Made by a program: the position numbers and the translations under genes. A DNA stretch of 63,282 nt, the filler included. It is 5 parts of 5 records of this genome, joined end to end, with 100 filler letters (N's around TTAATTAATTAA, not from the genome) between each part and the next. Parts side by side here need not be neighbours in the genome. Positions count along the whole stretch, not along the records: positions 1 to 11,950 come from SRR20825019_1315; 4 more parts are not named here. One strand, given 5' to 3'. Below, one piece after another: positions 1-10,890 of the stretch. The number at the start of each line of letters is the position of its first letter. The stretch's first letter is position 1. Below the pieces are notes generated by a model. That model searched no databases, was not told the DNA's origin, and worked only from the letters and a program-made list of their open reading frames with translations.

Positions 1-39
1 CCCGCTATTTTTCTATTTACACACTTTATGGGATATCCC
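1..39 (-). mobile_element. IS256-family terminal inverted repeat; element continues off the contig start
   Basis: Reverse complement GGGATATCCCATAAAGTGTGTAAATAGAAAAATAGCGGG. Positions 11-30 are the exact reverse complement of 11931-11950 and resemble the end of the IS256 remnant at 5990-6020. Confidence 0.7.
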
Positions 40-53
40 TTTTTTATTGCCAT

Positions 54-1988
54 TTAAAGATTTTTTGCCCACTCTTGAAGTTTTCCAAATTGCTCTTCAA
101 TAAAAGAGTTATGATGCTCTTCAGGTTCTTCGTCCATAGGTAAAACATGTTCAAAATAAGTATTTTTTAAGACACGTTTTAAAATTCCTTCACCAGGAAA
201 GGATTTATAATCATTTAAAGCTTTAGTTGCTTTTAATAAATGGCGAATATCGTATTGTGCACCTGCGATATCTGGCACTTGCTTGTTAGAATTTAATAAC
301 TTATAAACTGCAGTTCTCGCAGTTCTCACCGATGACTCTACGGTAAATACAACATCATTTTTAGTTTCTACAAACTGGCCAACAAGTCCTAAATTTTTAC
401 ATCCGTTAGGTACAATTTCTGGTCTATCGCCAACAGCTCTAGGTAAAAACATAGAGGTAATATAGGGCATAAATGCAGTACGAACAATAGTATTTTCTAT
501 TGCATTCTCTAATTGATTTTCCAAACCAAGGTGATAACATAATTCAGATAAAATTTCGTTACCTGTACATTGAGGCAAAGTTTTTTGAACATGATTTCCT
601 TGTTTGTCAATATATAAAGCATAAACCCAAACAACTAAAATATCATCTGGTTGTGTAGGATAATGAGGTTGACGGTTAATGGTAAAACTCATCAACCAGT
701 TAGAATCAGTAATGGTTACAATACCTCCTGTAGCTGTTCTTCCTGAATAGGGATCATTTACACAATATTCTTTAAATTTTTCAGTTAAATCTGAAGGGCG
801 ACAGGTTAACGTTGCTGATTGCCAAGCTGATTTTTCTATATCACTACAAAACTTTTCGGGCTTTCCGAAAACGGAAGACTTAGCGGCCAAATTTTTCCAT
901 AATTTCCAACCATCACTTGTACCGCTTTGACTATTGTCAATAGCTTCAATAGCAGGTTTTGTATTGGTTCCATAAGACGTATCTTCCGTCATAGAACCTG
1001 TGGTAACAATTACATAATCGTTTTCTCCTACAGGAATTACTACTTCTTTATTGTTTTGTTCGGTAATAATGCCCTTTACAATTTTTTCTTCAGAATTAAT
1101 ATGAATATCTAAGTCTTTAACCAAGGTGTCAAACTGAATTTTTACACCTTTGGATTTCAAATGCTCAGTTAACGGTTTTACAAATGTATCGTATTGATTG
1201 TATTTAGGGAACACTAAACAAGATAAGTCTTTCATGCCATCAATAGTATGTAAAAATCGGTGCATATATAATTTGCATTCTAGTAAACTATGCCAGTTTT
1301 CAAAAGCAAACATGGTACGCCATAAAAACCAAAAATTGCTTTGCAAGAAAGATTCACTAAAGTAATCTTCAATCGTTAAGTCGTTTAAATCTTCTTTCTT
1401 TTTTAATAAAAGTTTTACAATTGCCAACTGATCTCTTTTGTCTAAACCAAATTTACTAAAGTCTTGAATATCTCCTTTATTATGAATTAATCGAGCTTTT
1501 GAATAGTTAGGGTCGTTGTCATTTAACAAACGATATTCATCTAAAACACTATATGGAGCAGGCATTTCTAAAGCAGGAATATCTTGAAATATGTCCCAAA
1601 GATTTTCATAAGTCATCTCCATCTCTCTACCTCCTCTGATGATATAACCATCTTCAGCATTTCCTGCACCATCAAGCGAACCACCTTCTATAGAGAGTTG
1701 GTCTAGAAAAACAATATTTTTCCCTGGAATATGTCCATCTCTAATAAAATAATAAGCCGCAGACAGACCAGCAATACCACTCCCTACAATATATACTTTA
1801 CTGTCTTTAAATGATTTAGAAGGGATACCTTTGTTACGTTGATAGTTTCCCGTTAAATCAGGAAAAGGCATAGTCTTATCTTTTGAATTACTCAATACTT
1901 CTTTGCTTGCATCCGGGTCATGCTCTACATTTCCAACATATATTGATGCGCTTAATATTTTGTCAAATTTTGATGTTATTTTATCCAT
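54..1988 (-). CDS. ohyA: Oleate hydratase (myosin-cross-reactive antigen family, FAD-dependent)
   Basis: 644 aa; GSGIAG Rossmann motif, GGSLDG...RGGREM signature, YNQY motif; N-terminus resembles Elizabethkingia OhyA as recalled. Confidence 0.95.
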   Translation of the reverse strand: MDKITSKFDKILSASIYVGNVEHDPDASKEVLSNSKDKTMPFPDLTGNYQRNKGIPSKSFKDSKVYIVGSGIAGLSAAYYFIRDGHIPGKNIVFLDQLSIEGGSLDGAGNAEDGYIIRGGREMEMTYENLWDIFQDIPALEMPAPYSVLDEYRLLNDNDPNYSKARLIHNKGDIQDFSKFGLDKRDQLAIVKLLLKKKEDLNDLTIEDYFSESFLQSNFWFLWRTMFAFENWHSLLECKLYMHRFLHTIDGMKDLSCLVFPKYNQYDTFVKPLTEHLKSKGVKIQFDTLVKDLDIHINSEEKIVKGIITEQNNKEVVIPVGENDYVIVTTGSMTEDTSYGTNTKPAIEAIDNSQSGTSDGWKLWKNLAAKSSVFGKPEKFCSDIEKSAWQSATLTCRPSDLTEKFKEYCVNDPYSGRTATGGIVTITDSNWLMSFTINRQPHYPTQPDDILVVWVYALYIDKQGNHVQKTLPQCTGNEILSELCYHLGLENQLENAIENTIVRTAFMPYITSMFLPRAVGDRPEIVPNGCKNLGLVGQFVETKNDVVFTVESSVRTARTAVYKLLNSNKQVPDIAGAQYDIRHLLKATKALNDYKSFPGEGILKRVLKNTYFEHVLPMDEEPEEHHNSFIEEQFGKLQEWAKNL

Positions 1989-2017
1989 TTTAGATAGTTT
2001 TATTTTTTTGCTCTATA

Positions 2018-2080
2018 CAAATTTATAACCATCTCTAAAACCTAAAGTATCCTGAAATTCAGAAATTGTATCCTCAAATT
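2018..2080 (-). promoter_or_regulatory. ohyA promoter: Bacteroidota -7 box plus tandem AraC-type direct repeats
   Basis: TAAATTTG (minus strand, 2018-2025) fits TAnnTTTG; GTATCCTGAAATT (2047) and GTATCCTCAAATT (2068) are 21 bp apart. Confidence 0.7.
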
Positions 2081-2566
2081 TTTGTATTTTCATTACTTAC
2101 CAATTAATAAAAATTTCCGAAAATAGAAGTAAAATTAAATTGAAGTTTATTGACAATTTCGAGGACAGATAATTCAAAGTTCTCTAATAAAAATAACACA
2201 TCTTGCAATAAGGATTTATTTAGGAATTGATGCGGGTTTTAGCAGTCGTGCTTTTGAAAACTTATATTTAGGAGCAAATGTGTTAAATGCCCGGTCGATA
2301 TCAAATTCCGCAGATGTGCAATGAGGCAAAGAAACATTGCAAAAGGCCTTTGAAATAAACGTCATCCATCAAGAAAGCCGGTTAACTCCCGAGACATTCA
2401 CCCTCCTTGAACTATGCATTAATATGAAGCTCAGTATTGAAGGCATAATAAGGACAATCCATAATCAAAAAGTAATTTACTAATTATTAAAGATTAGAAT
2501 TTAATCCAATAGGCAATCTTTTCTGAAAATAGAAGGATACTCAGTTTTACCAACGCTTTAGGGTTT

Positions 2567-3151
2567 TTATTGGGCAATAATTTTAAAGCTAATAAATCCA
2601 GTATCAATTTCTGCTTCCAGTAATTTTCCGCTTTTATATTTGTAGCTACTGGTTTTTCCTTTATGATTAGTTTTTTCATAAAGATGAGAGCTAATTTTTT
2701 TTAGATAATGAAAGGTTCCATATTCTTCTGCATATACTTTGGTGATATTTTCAGGTTCTTCAAAAATCAGGTTTACAGTACTATAAGTGATAGTCTCTTT
2801 TATTCGGTTTTTTTCTTTATCATTTTCATGAAAAATGTAGGTATTCTCATCTGTCTCGGTATATGTATTTGTTTTTTCTTTCTCATTCAAGAGGATTAAT
2901 ACATTGGCATTGAAAAGTGAGTCGTTTTTATAAATCACTTTATAATTATAATCTACCTGTATTTTGGTTAGTATTCGGGTATTAATCTCTGTTCGATTAC
3001 TATAAATAATCTTATCGTCTAACAGATTCTTTTTTGCATAAAGAACACCTATATTTTTATTGTTATGAACAATCCTAAAAACTTTTTTTTCGACTTGAGC
3101 GTGGAGATTAAATCCCCAAAAAAATATAAACAGAAGTAAAATTGATCTCAT
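2567..3151 (-). CDS. Exported DUF6134-like protein
   Basis: 194 aa; signal peptide (MRSILLLFIFFWGFNLHA), beta-rich body, EP...VY.E.YG motif. Confidence 0.7.
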   Translation of the reverse strand: MRSILLLFIFFWGFNLHAQVEKKVFRIVHNNKNIGVLYAKKNLLDDKIIYSNRTEINTRILTKIQVDYNYKVIYKNDSLFNANVLILLNEKEKTNTYTETDENTYIFHENDKEKNRIKETITYSTVNLIFEEPENITKVYAEEYGTFHYLKKISSHLYEKTNHKGKTSSYKYKSGKLLEAEIDTGFISFKIIAQ

Positions 3152-3202
3152 ATCTATGTTTAGTTGATAAAATATAATACTATAGTTTTAATTTTCAGTG
3201 AT

Positions 3203-3488
3203 TTAAATATATAAAAGAAGATTAAGAATCCCTGTAGAAAGCGTAAATCTAAAGTTCCATTGCGTTCCTATTAATTCTGGAGATTTTTCATAGTAATGTA
3301 CTTCATAGCTTAAATTTACAGGCAATCTTCCAATTTTTGTGGTACTCCCCAAACCCAAAACTAATCGGTATGGACCATCTATTTGAAGAATCCCGTTCCC
3401 ATTTAGCAACTACTATACGGCTAATTCCTATATTTATAAGTTGGACTAATTCGATACTTTTACAAAGATATTTTTTAACCTCTGTCAT
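3203..3488 (-). pseudogene. Frameshifted C-terminal remnant of an outer-membrane beta-barrel-like protein
   Basis: Two overlapping short ORFs join into WERDSSNRWSIPIS / LGLGSTTKIGRLPVNLSYEVHYY...QWNFRFTLS; the N-terminal part is missing. Confidence 0.6.
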
Positions 3489-4488
3489 ATGCTCTATTGA
3501 GCTCTGTTTGTAAATTGAGCCACGACTTCATTGTTTTAGTTACAAATTCACTAGCATCCTGCTGTATAAAATGACCACTACCGGGAACAGTAACAAGTGT
3601 CATATCTTTTTCTACCCATTCCCATGTATTATTTAAACCATTAGCATTAATTGCGGCATCCTCTAGACCATGAAAAATAAGCAACGGCATTTTGAGTTTT
3701 GGCAAAGGATTCTCTTGTGCTTTTTTCCATTCCTCCATATAAGGCTCTCTCGTGTAGTTTGCTTTATAAAAGTTAAGCATGGCATCAAAACTCGACCTTT
3801 TGAAAGCAGATACATACTGAATACGAGTAACGGAATCCTCTACCCAAAACGCTAAGTTTTCAGCAGTCATAGGTTTACCAAATAAAATAGTAGGGTCTTC
3901 TACTGTTCCATCTATAAACTTACGGGCATAGCTACTACTTTCTTGTTGGGTCGGGTTATTCGCTAATTCTCTAAGCATTCCGTTGGGATGTGTAATATTT
4001 AAAATTATAAGTTTATCTGTCATATCTGGTAGGTTAATAGCAAACTGCCAGGCAACAGCACCTCCCCAATCATGACCTATAATAATTGCTTTCTCCTGTT
4101 TAAAATGATGAATCACTGCTGCAACATCTCCTACTAATTTTTTCATAGTGTAATTTTCAACACCAATAGGTTTATCACTCTTATTATAACCTCGTTGATC
4201 TATAGCAACTACATGGTATTTTTTTGATAGAACAGCCATTTGATTTCTCCAGGTATACCAATAATCAGGAAATCCATGAATCATTACTACAAGTGGGCCA
4301 TTTCCTAGTTCGGCATAATGTATATTTACTCCTCCTGAATTAACATAACCATGTTTTACATGTTTTAATATTGTGGTTTCACCTTGGTTTTGTTTTCTGG
4401 GAGAGGGAATGGCAAACATACTCAAAACAGAAAAAAACATGGTGCCGAGTATTAGGGTTTTTAGTAAACTATTTGTTATTTTATCCAT
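3475..4488 (-). CDS. Alpha/beta hydrolase, epoxide-hydrolase-like, with N-terminal export signal
   Basis: HGFP oxyanion motif, GHDWGG (Asp nucleophile), cap tyrosines (SSYAR, NFYKAN), GSGHF catalytic His; hydrophobic N-terminus. Confidence 0.85.
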   Translation of the reverse strand: MDKITNSLLKTLILGTMFFSVLSMFAIPSPRKQNQGETTILKHVKHGYVNSGGVNIHYAELGNGPLVVMIHGFPDYWYTWRNQMAVLSKKYHVVAIDQRGYNKSDKPIGVENYTMKKLVGDVAAVIHHFKQEKAIIIGHDWGGAVAWQFAINLPDMTDKLIILNITHPNGMLRELANNPTQQESSSYARKFIDGTVEDPTILFGKPMTAENLAFWVEDSVTRIQYVSAFKRSSFDAMLNFYKANYTREPYMEEWKKAQENPLPKLKMPLLIFHGLEDAAINANGLNNTWEWVEKDMTLVTVPGSGHFIQQDASEFVTKTMKSWLNLQTELNRAYDRG

Positions 4489-4512
4489 TTTAGATGGTTT
4501 TATTTTTTTTTA

Positions 4513-4574
4513 CAAATTTATCAATACCTCTGAATCTGATATATCCCGAAATTCAGAAATTGTATCCTCAAATA
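4513..4574 (-). promoter_or_regulatory. Hydrolase promoter, near-copy of the ohyA promoter
   Basis: TAAATTTG at 4513-4520; ATATCCCGAAATT (4541) and GTATCCTCAAATA (4562) are 21 bp apart. Confidence 0.7.
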
Positions 4575-5467
4575 TTGGTGGCTTCATTTTTTTTACCACT
4601 TCTGTGTTCTGAAGGAGAGAAAGTGGTTTGCCGTTTAAAAAACCTCCCAAAGGCCGAAACAGAATTGAACCGAAGTTTATAGGCAACTTCAGAGATTGAT
4701 AAGTCAGGGTTACCCAATAAAACAATCGCCTCTTTTAATATGGCTTCATTTATGATGTGGTGAGGTGTTTTACCTATTGTGCATTTAGTGATTTCTATTA
4801 GGTATTTATTGGAAATGCATAATTTGTTCGCATAGAACTGAACAGATTTTTGTAATAAAAAATTTTCCTGAACAAGTTTCTTAAATTTAAAGTAGATATT
4901 TTTTTGAAGATCTTTACTCTCGATGGTATCAGGAGCTACATTATGATATATTTCTGCAATTTCTAAGAGGAGATGGAATATTAGAGTGCGGATAATCTGG
5001 TTGGTAAACTTACCTATTTTTTTTTCTTTATCCTTTAGTTTGTCAATGATATCTAATAGGACTTCTGTGTTTTTTTTTGAAGTATTAATGATGGAATATG
5101 AATCATTCTGAAACAGTTCCATTTTTTCTATAATAAAAGGATCTGAAATATTGGACAACAGAAAATTTTTCTTGAAAAACACTAACTGCATGTGAAAGTC
5201 ATTAGTATAATTAAGAAAATGAACTATTGTTGAAGGTGATGAACAAATAATACTGCCTACACTTATTTTATATTTAATTGTATTAATTTCCAAATCAATT
5301 TCTCCTCGAGTACAAATGCAAAAAGCATAGTAGTCCATCCGAAAAGGCTTTTCAGGAAATTTAAAAATAGATTCGCCCGTTGATATGTAAAATGAATTGT
5401 TACAATCTATATTATAAAAGGAAAGCGTGTCTTTTAAATTTTCGTAGTTTTTCATTCTAATTTTCAC
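4568..5467 (-). CDS. AraC-family transcriptional regulator
   Basis: C-terminal double HTH (SVQFYANKLCISNKYL; SISEVAYKLRFNSVSAFGRFFKRQTTFSPSEHR); start may be the ATG at 5455. Confidence 0.92.
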   Translation of the reverse strand: MKIRMKNYENLKDTLSFYNIDCNNSFYISTGESIFKFPEKPFRMDYYAFCICTRGEIDLEINTIKYKISVGSIICSSPSTIVHFLNYTNDFHMQLVFFKKNFLLSNISDPFIIEKMELFQNDSYSIINTSKKNTEVLLDIIDKLKDKEKKIGKFTNQIIRTLIFHLLLEIAEIYHNVAPDTIESKDLQKNIYFKFKKLVQENFLLQKSVQFYANKLCISNKYLIEITKCTIGKTPHHIINEAILKEAIVLLGNPDLSISEVAYKLRFNSVSAFGRFFKRQTTFSPSEHRSGKKNEATNI

Positions 5468-5497
5468 GTCTAAAAACCCAGATACTTGGTTAATATA

Positions 5498-6026
5498 ACA
5501 CTATACTGTAAAGTGTGTAATTTAAAAAGAAATGAGGTATTGGGAATTCATAAAAAGTGTCAAGTTGTCCTATAAGCTTTTGATGATGTCGAAATACTTA
5601 TGCCTCCATTTATAGCAAAGTCCTCGAGAGCGGCTTTTGCTGTGCTTAGGGTAGGAGCATAGTAATAGATACTTTTCATCTCTTTTGTTCTTTTCGTTCC
5701 ACATATCTTCAGGAATTTCTGTTTTGATGGGCAACACAAATTTGGGTTTTGGACTCCTAGAGCACATACTTGAAGGTAACAGTTAATTCATTAGGTGTCC
5801 AAGTTCATAGAGAGGAGATCCTAGTCCTTGCTTTATTAGACATATAAAAAGACGCGAATGGACTTTAGATATATGGTTGTAAGTTCACCTCTTGTCTTGA
5901 ACGGCTTTAAAAAGTCACCGTTGAACAAATCTTTTTTCTTTATAATGTGTATATATTTATTGTTAAATAAAAAAATAGCGGGAATAGGTCCCGCTATTTT
6001 GTACTTTACACACATTAGGTGCTACT
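5498..6026 (-). mobile_element. Degenerate, internally deleted IS256-family element with transposase pseudogene
   Basis: Minus-strand fragments KDLFNGDFLKPFKTRGEL, TQICVAHQNRNS*RYV and APTLSTAKAALEDFA..KW..KY match Bacteroidota IS256 transposases as recalled; both ends carry GTGTGTAA in inverted orientation; hairpin at 5972-6000. Confidence 0.8.
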
Positions 6027-6153
6027 AATCTCTTTAATCATTTTATTTCCTGTTTTTCTTTTGCATTCCCTAATAGAGGCAACATATTGTTAATTTTCAA
6101 GAAAATAATCGACTAAAAATGACATCTCGGGCGGTTTGTTTAGTTGAAAATCA

Positions 6154-6924
6154 TTAAAATAGTCTAGCTGCTAATTGTACCCGAGCAAACTTTAAGGAAG
6201 GATTCCATAATGTTGTTGCTGAAACAGGTAAGTTATAATCTCCTAATTTAATTGTTTTCGAGGTTGTTAGCCCAATGCTTACCACGTCAAAATTTTCTTC
6301 TCCATCTCCATATAAATGAGTATCCCCATTCAATGAAAATCCAGTACCTACAAATCCATTTAAATTGACTTTTGCTTCTTTCGCCAATGGATAAGATACT
6401 TGAATGTAAGTAGAATACCGCTGCTCAAAATCCAAATCGTCGGAATATTGAGAATCCCCACTTCCAAATAAAAGCAAATCTACTTCTATAGACAAGGGGA
6501 GGCTTTCTCCAAAGTTGTAAGATGTCCTTAGGTCTAATAAGTGTCCTGAACTTTCCTTGTCATAATCCCAAACATCAGGACTATCAACTCTTCTTGTGTT
6601 GAATAAATCCCATAATCCAATAGAGAATCCTTTATTAGCATATTGGACATAATAGTTTATTTCTTTATAATAAGATCCATCACTTTCATTTGAAAAAGAC
6701 ATTCCTCCCCAAAAGCCTGTCGTAAAACTACCAGATTTGTTTAAAGAAACTATAGTTTGAACAGCTAACATAGGTTTGTCGGTAATTATTATACCTCTCC
6801 ACAAATGATTTGATTTTAAATCTACCGTAAAATCTAATGGGCTATCTTTGATTTCTGATCGTTGTGCTGAAACGAATTGTATCGATATGAATCCTACCAA
6901 AAGTAGCTGTATTGCCTTTTTCAT
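6154..6924 (-). CDS. Putative outer-membrane beta-barrel protein at the end of the glycerol operon
   Basis: Likely start MKKAIQLLL (6924); signal peptide, amphipathic strands, C-terminal Phe (RVQLAARLF). Confidence 0.7.
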   Translation of the reverse strand: MKKAIQLLLVGFISIQFVSAQRSEIKDSPLDFTVDLKSNHLWRGIIITDKPMLAVQTIVSLNKSGSFTTGFWGGMSFSNESDGSYYKEINYYVQYANKGFSIGLWDLFNTRRVDSPDVWDYDKESSGHLLDLRTSYNFGESLPLSIEVDLLLFGSGDSQYSDDLDFEQRYSTYIQVSYPLAKEAKVNLNGFVGTGFSLNGDTHLYGDGEENFDVVSIGLTTSKTIKLGDYNLPVSATTLWNPSLKFARVQLAARLF

Positions 6925-6959
6925 TTTTAAAGTTAATTTTGAGTTTAATTGTTTGTTGA

Positions 6960-7688
6960 TTATATTACTACTCCATATAAAACTGCTGCGATCACACCTC
7001 CAATAATTGGACCTACAACAGGGACCCAGGCGTATCCCCAATCACTACTACCCTTTATTGGTAAAATCGCATGCATTATTCTTGGACCTAAATCCCTTGC
7101 TGGATTAATGGCGTATCCCGTTGTTCCGCCCAAAGAAAGACCAATGGCCCAAACTATGAACGTTACAGGAATTGCTCCTATGGACCCCATACCTATGATA
7201 GTTTCTGTTTCGTTCTGCTGAAAACTCGCATCAGTGAAGAAAAAGATAGCAAACACAAGAAAAAATGTGCCAACGATTTCACTGATCAGATTGTTTAGGG
7301 GTTTTCTAATAGCCGGATCGGTACAGAATACAGCTCTTTTTAGGCCTGTATCTTCGGTTTGCTCAAAGTGGTTTCTGTAAACGATCCAAACGATAAGGGC
7401 TCCTGACATAGCCCCTATAATTTCTCCTAGTAGATATATGGGTACTGATTCCCAAGGAAATTTACCTGCAACGGCCAACCCAATGGTAACCGCTGGGTTA
7501 AGATGCGCCCCACTGTAAGGTCCTGCGATTACTACACCTGCATATACTCCTAATGCCCAGCCTGTGGTAATTACGATCCAACCGCTATTATTCCCCTTTG
7601 TTTGGTTCAATACTACATTGGCGACAACTCCACCCCCAAGTGTAATTAGGAACATCGTTCCTATAATTTCTGCTATAAATGGTGTCAT
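6960..7688 (-). CDS. glpF: Glycerol uptake facilitator (aquaglyceroporin)
   Basis: SGAHLNPAVT and GYAINPARD motifs; lies in the glp operon. Confidence 0.95.
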   Translation of the reverse strand: MTPFIAEIIGTMFLITLGGGVVANVVLNQTKGNNSGWIVITTGWALGVYAGVVIAGPYSGAHLNPAVTIGLAVAGKFPWESVPIYLLGEIIGAMSGALIVWIVYRNHFEQTEDTGLKRAVFCTDPAIRKPLNNLISEIVGTFFLVFAIFFFTDASFQQNETETIIGMGSIGAIPVTFIVWAIGLSLGGTTGYAINPARDLGPRIMHAILPIKGSSDWGYAWVPVVGPIIGGVIAAVLYGVVI

Positions 7689-7714
7689 TTTTTAAAATTT
7701 TAATTAAATTATAA

Positions 7715-9205
7715 TTATTTAGTCCAATGTTCTAACGCATCAATTGCTTTATACCAGCGTTTAATTCCCTCCTCCGTTTCAGTTCTATCCTGAGAAGGTT
7801 TAAAGTGTACGTCCGCTTGCCAAATTTCTTGAATCTCGTCTATGTTTTTCCAATATCCCACAGCAAGACCGGCAAGATAAGCTGCTCCCATTGCAGTAGT
7901 TTCAACAACTTTAGGCCTGACAGTTACTGTGTCCAGGACATCGGCTTGAAACTGCATTAACATATTGTTTACAGTAGCACCACCATCTACACGTAACTCT
8001 TTGATAGAAATATCAGTATCTGCCTCCATGGCCTTAAGAATATCCATTGTTTGATATGCGATTGATTCTAATGCCGCTCGTGCAATATGAGCATCTGTAC
8101 TACCTCTAGTTAATCCAAAAATAGTACCTTGTGCATATTGATTCCAGTGCGGTGCGCCAAGACCAGCAAAGGCAGGAACAAAACATACTCCTTCTGAGCT
8201 AGTAACCTCATTGGCCAGTTTTTCCACATCAGCTGAAGTTTTTATAAATTTAAGACTGTCTCGCAACCATTGCACTACTGCGCCCCCTACAAATATGCTG
8301 CCTTCTAGAGCGTACTGTGTTTTTCCGTCTATTTGCCATGCCACTGTAGTTAAAAGATTATTTTCAGACAATTGAGGTTGGTCTCCAATGTTCATAAGCA
8401 TAAAACATCCTGTCCCATAAGTATTTTTCACCATCCCTTTTCTAATACACATACTGCCAAATAAGGCTGCTTGTTGATCTCCTGCAATACCGGCTATTGG
8501 TATGGATGTTGCAAAAACAGTAGTTTTAGTATAACCATATACTTCACTAGACTGCTTTACTTCTGGTAACATACTTTTTGGTATAGTAAACAGGGCTAAA
8601 AGTTCATCGTCCCATTCCATCGTATTAATGTTATACATTAATGTCCTTGAGGCATTAGTAACATCGGTAACGTGTTTTTCTCCTTTGGTAAAGTTCCATA
8701 TTAACCAAGTATCTATGGTTCCTAGTATAAGATCACCAGCTTCCGCTCTTGCTCTTGCGCCTTCTACATTATCTAAAATCCACTTTACTTTGGTGGCGGA
8801 GAAATAAGAATCTATAACCAGACCTGTTTTTGAACTAATTAGACTTGTTTTTCCGTTGACTGTTAGTTCGTCACAGTATGCCGAAGTTCTCTTATCTTGC
8901 CAAACGATGGCATTGTAAACTGGTTTTCCCGTTTTACGGTCCCAAACTACAACAGTTTCTCTTTGATTGGTAATCCCTATGGCAGCAATATTAGAGCCAT
9001 TTAATCCTTTTTTTACTGTTACTTCTGCTGCGATCCCTGCTTGTGTTGACCAAATCTCCATAGGATCATGTTCTACCCATCCCGGTTTAGGAAAGTATTG
9101 GGTGAATTCTTTTTGAGCAACAGATATGATGTTACCTTTTTTATCAAAAAGTATAGCACGTGAACTTGTTGTGCCCTGATCAAGGGCAAGAATATATTTA
9201 TCCAT
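7715..9205 (-). CDS. glpK: Glycerol kinase
   Basis: [32 protein letters not shown] motifs. Confidence 0.97.
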   Translation of the reverse strand: MDKYILALDQGTTSSRAILFDKKGNIISVAQKEFTQYFPKPGWVEHDPMEIWSTQAGIAAEVTVKKGLNGSNIAAIGITNQRETVVVWDRKTGKPVYNAIVWQDKRTSAYCDELTVNGKTSLISSKTGLVIDSYFSATKVKWILDNVEGARARAEAGDLILGTIDTWLIWNFTKGEKHVTDVTNASRTLMYNINTMEWDDELLALFTIPKSMLPEVKQSSEVYGYTKTTVFATSIPIAGIAGDQQAALFGSMCIRKGMVKNTYGTGCFMLMNIGDQPQLSENNLLTTVAWQIDGKTQYALEGSIFVGGAVVQWLRDSLKFIKTSADVEKLANEVTSSEGVCFVPAFAGLGAPHWNQYAQGTIFGLTRGSTDAHIARAALESIAYQTMDILKAMEADTDISIKELRVDGGATVNNMLMQFQADVLDTVTVRPKVVETTAMGAAYLAGLAVGYWKNIDEIQEIWQADVHFKPSQDRTETEEGIKRWYKAIDALEHWTK

Positions 9206-9276
9206 TTTAAAAAGTGAGTTAGTGAAAAGGTTTAACCCTTTTCGGATTAATGTTAACTAAAAGAGTCGATTGATTT

Positions 9277-10890
9277 TTATTGTTTTACTTTGGTTCTTTG
9301 GGGAATATCAGTCTGACCTAGTACGTAATGACTTGCTATTCTAGAGAACTGTTGCACTTGTTCTTGTTCCCAATTTTTATTTTTGTTAAGTTCTTGCGCT
9401 AATAGTTCGGCAACGATAGGTGCGGATTCAATTGCAGCCCGTGCGTCTAAGAATAACATTCTTACTCTCCTTGCCAAGACATCTTCTACGGTTCTTGCCA
9501 TTTCAAATCTTGCGGCCCATATAACTTCTGCTTGTACGTATGCAGCATTAATGTGTATTTTCTTTCCCAGTTTTGGGTTTTCCTGTATTAATTTTTGAAT
9601 ACCTTCCTGATCACTACCATATACATATAAATGGTTGCTCCAGTCATTGGTTTCTTTTGCTCCATGTATTTTTAAGTCTTGAGTGATGCATTTCCTTTCA
9701 GGTAACATTTTTGCTTTTATTACCTTATCCAAAGTATCTTGGGCCATCTTTCTAAAAGTGGTCCACTTACCTCCTATAACAGATATTAATCCGGAATCGG
9801 AAGTCACTATTTTATGGCTTCTTGATATCTCTTTTGTTTTTTCGGATTCATCCTGTGGTGCAGCCAAAGGTCTTAGCCCTGCAAATATGCTAAGTACATC
9901 TTTTCGGCTCACTTCTTTAGACAGATAGGCATTAACGTTGGAAAGGATAAAGTCGACCTCTTCCTCCAAAGCTTTTGGTTCGAGACTGTGCTCATCCAAT
10001 AAAGTGTCGGTAGTTCCTACAATAACCTTATCATGCCATGGTACAAGAAACAAAACTCTACCGTCATCGGTCTTTGGTATCATAATAGCATCGGCGCCAG
10101 GCAGAAAAGTATTGTTCAATACCAAATGCACTCCTTGGCTAGGGCGTATCATATTTTTGCCTGTGGATTTATCCATTTTTAGGATATCGTCAGCAAAAAC
10201 ACCTGTAGCATTTATGATCGCTTTTCCCTTTAAGTGGTATGTTCTTTTAGTTTCGGTATCTGTAGCAACGACACCATTTATTGTTCCATTGTGTTTTTTT
10301 AGTAATTCATTTACCTTAAAATGATTCAATACAGTAGCGCCTCTTTCTATACAAGCTTGGGCAACGTTTACGGCTAGACGAGCATCATCGAATTGACCAT
10401 CCTGGTAACTAACGCCTCCTTTTAATTTTATCTTGTTGACGGTTTTTATTCTTTTTAATACTTTGGATTTGGAAATAAATGTAGATTTTCCTAGACTTTG
10501 TTTCCCAGACAAAAAATCGTAAACCTTAAGTCCAGTAGTATAAAAAATTGCATTCCACCAGCTATAATTTGGAATGATAAAGGTTTGGTTCTTTGCCAAA
10601 TGCGGAGCGTTCTTTAAAAGTAGCCCCCTTTCATACAAGGCTTCCTTTACCAAATCGATATGTCCCTGTCCCAAATAACGTACTCCGCCATGCACAAGTT
10701 TTGTACTTCTACTGGAAGTTCCTTTTGCAAAATCCACCTGTTCTAACAATAGAGTTCTGTATCCTCTGGTAACACTATCAAGAGCGATGCCCAATCCCGT
10801 CGCCCCTCCGCCAATCACAATTACATCCCAATTACCAACTATTTCCAATTGTTTCGTTATTACACTTCTATTAAATATATTATTATTCAT
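9277..10890 (-). CDS. glpD: FAD-dependent glycerol-3-phosphate dehydrogenase
   Basis: GGGATG, GTSSRSTKLVHGGVRYL, GGKWTTFR motifs; start at 10890 or 10899 because a -7 box lies at 10918-10925. Confidence 0.95.
   Translation of the reverse strand: MNNNIFNRSVITKQLEIVGNWDVIVIGGGATGLGIALDSVTRGYRTLLLEQVDFAKGTSSRSTKLVHGGVRYLGQGHIDLVKEALYERGLLLKNAPHLAKNQTFIIPNYSWWNAIFYTTGLKVYDFLSGKQSLGKSTFISKSKVLKRIKTVNKIKLKGGVSYQDGQFDDARLAVNVAQACIERGATVLNHFKVNELLKKHNGTINGVVATDTETKRTYHLKGKAIINATGVFADDILKMDKSTGKNMIRPSQGVHLVLNNTFLPGADAIMIPKTDDGRVLFLVPWHDKVIVGTTDTLLDEHSLEPKALEEEVDFILSNVNAYLSKEVSRKDVLSIFAGLRPLAAPQDESEKTKEISRSHKIVTSDSGLISVIGGKWTTFRKMAQDTLDKVIKAKMLPERKCITQDLKIHGAKETNDWSNHLYVYGSDQEGIQKLIQENPKLGKKIHINAAYVQAEVIWAARFEMARTVEDVLARRVRMLFLDARAAIESAPIVAELLAQELNKNKNWEQEQVQQFSRIASHYVLGQTDIPQRTKVKQ

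Noticed and set aside
2090-2490. Possible pseudogene or sRNA between ohyA and the DUF6134-like gene
   Set aside because: Only short frames with no family I could recognise.
5570-5767. 65-aa ORF as a real gene
   Set aside because: It is a mixed-frame read of the IS256 transposase pseudogene.
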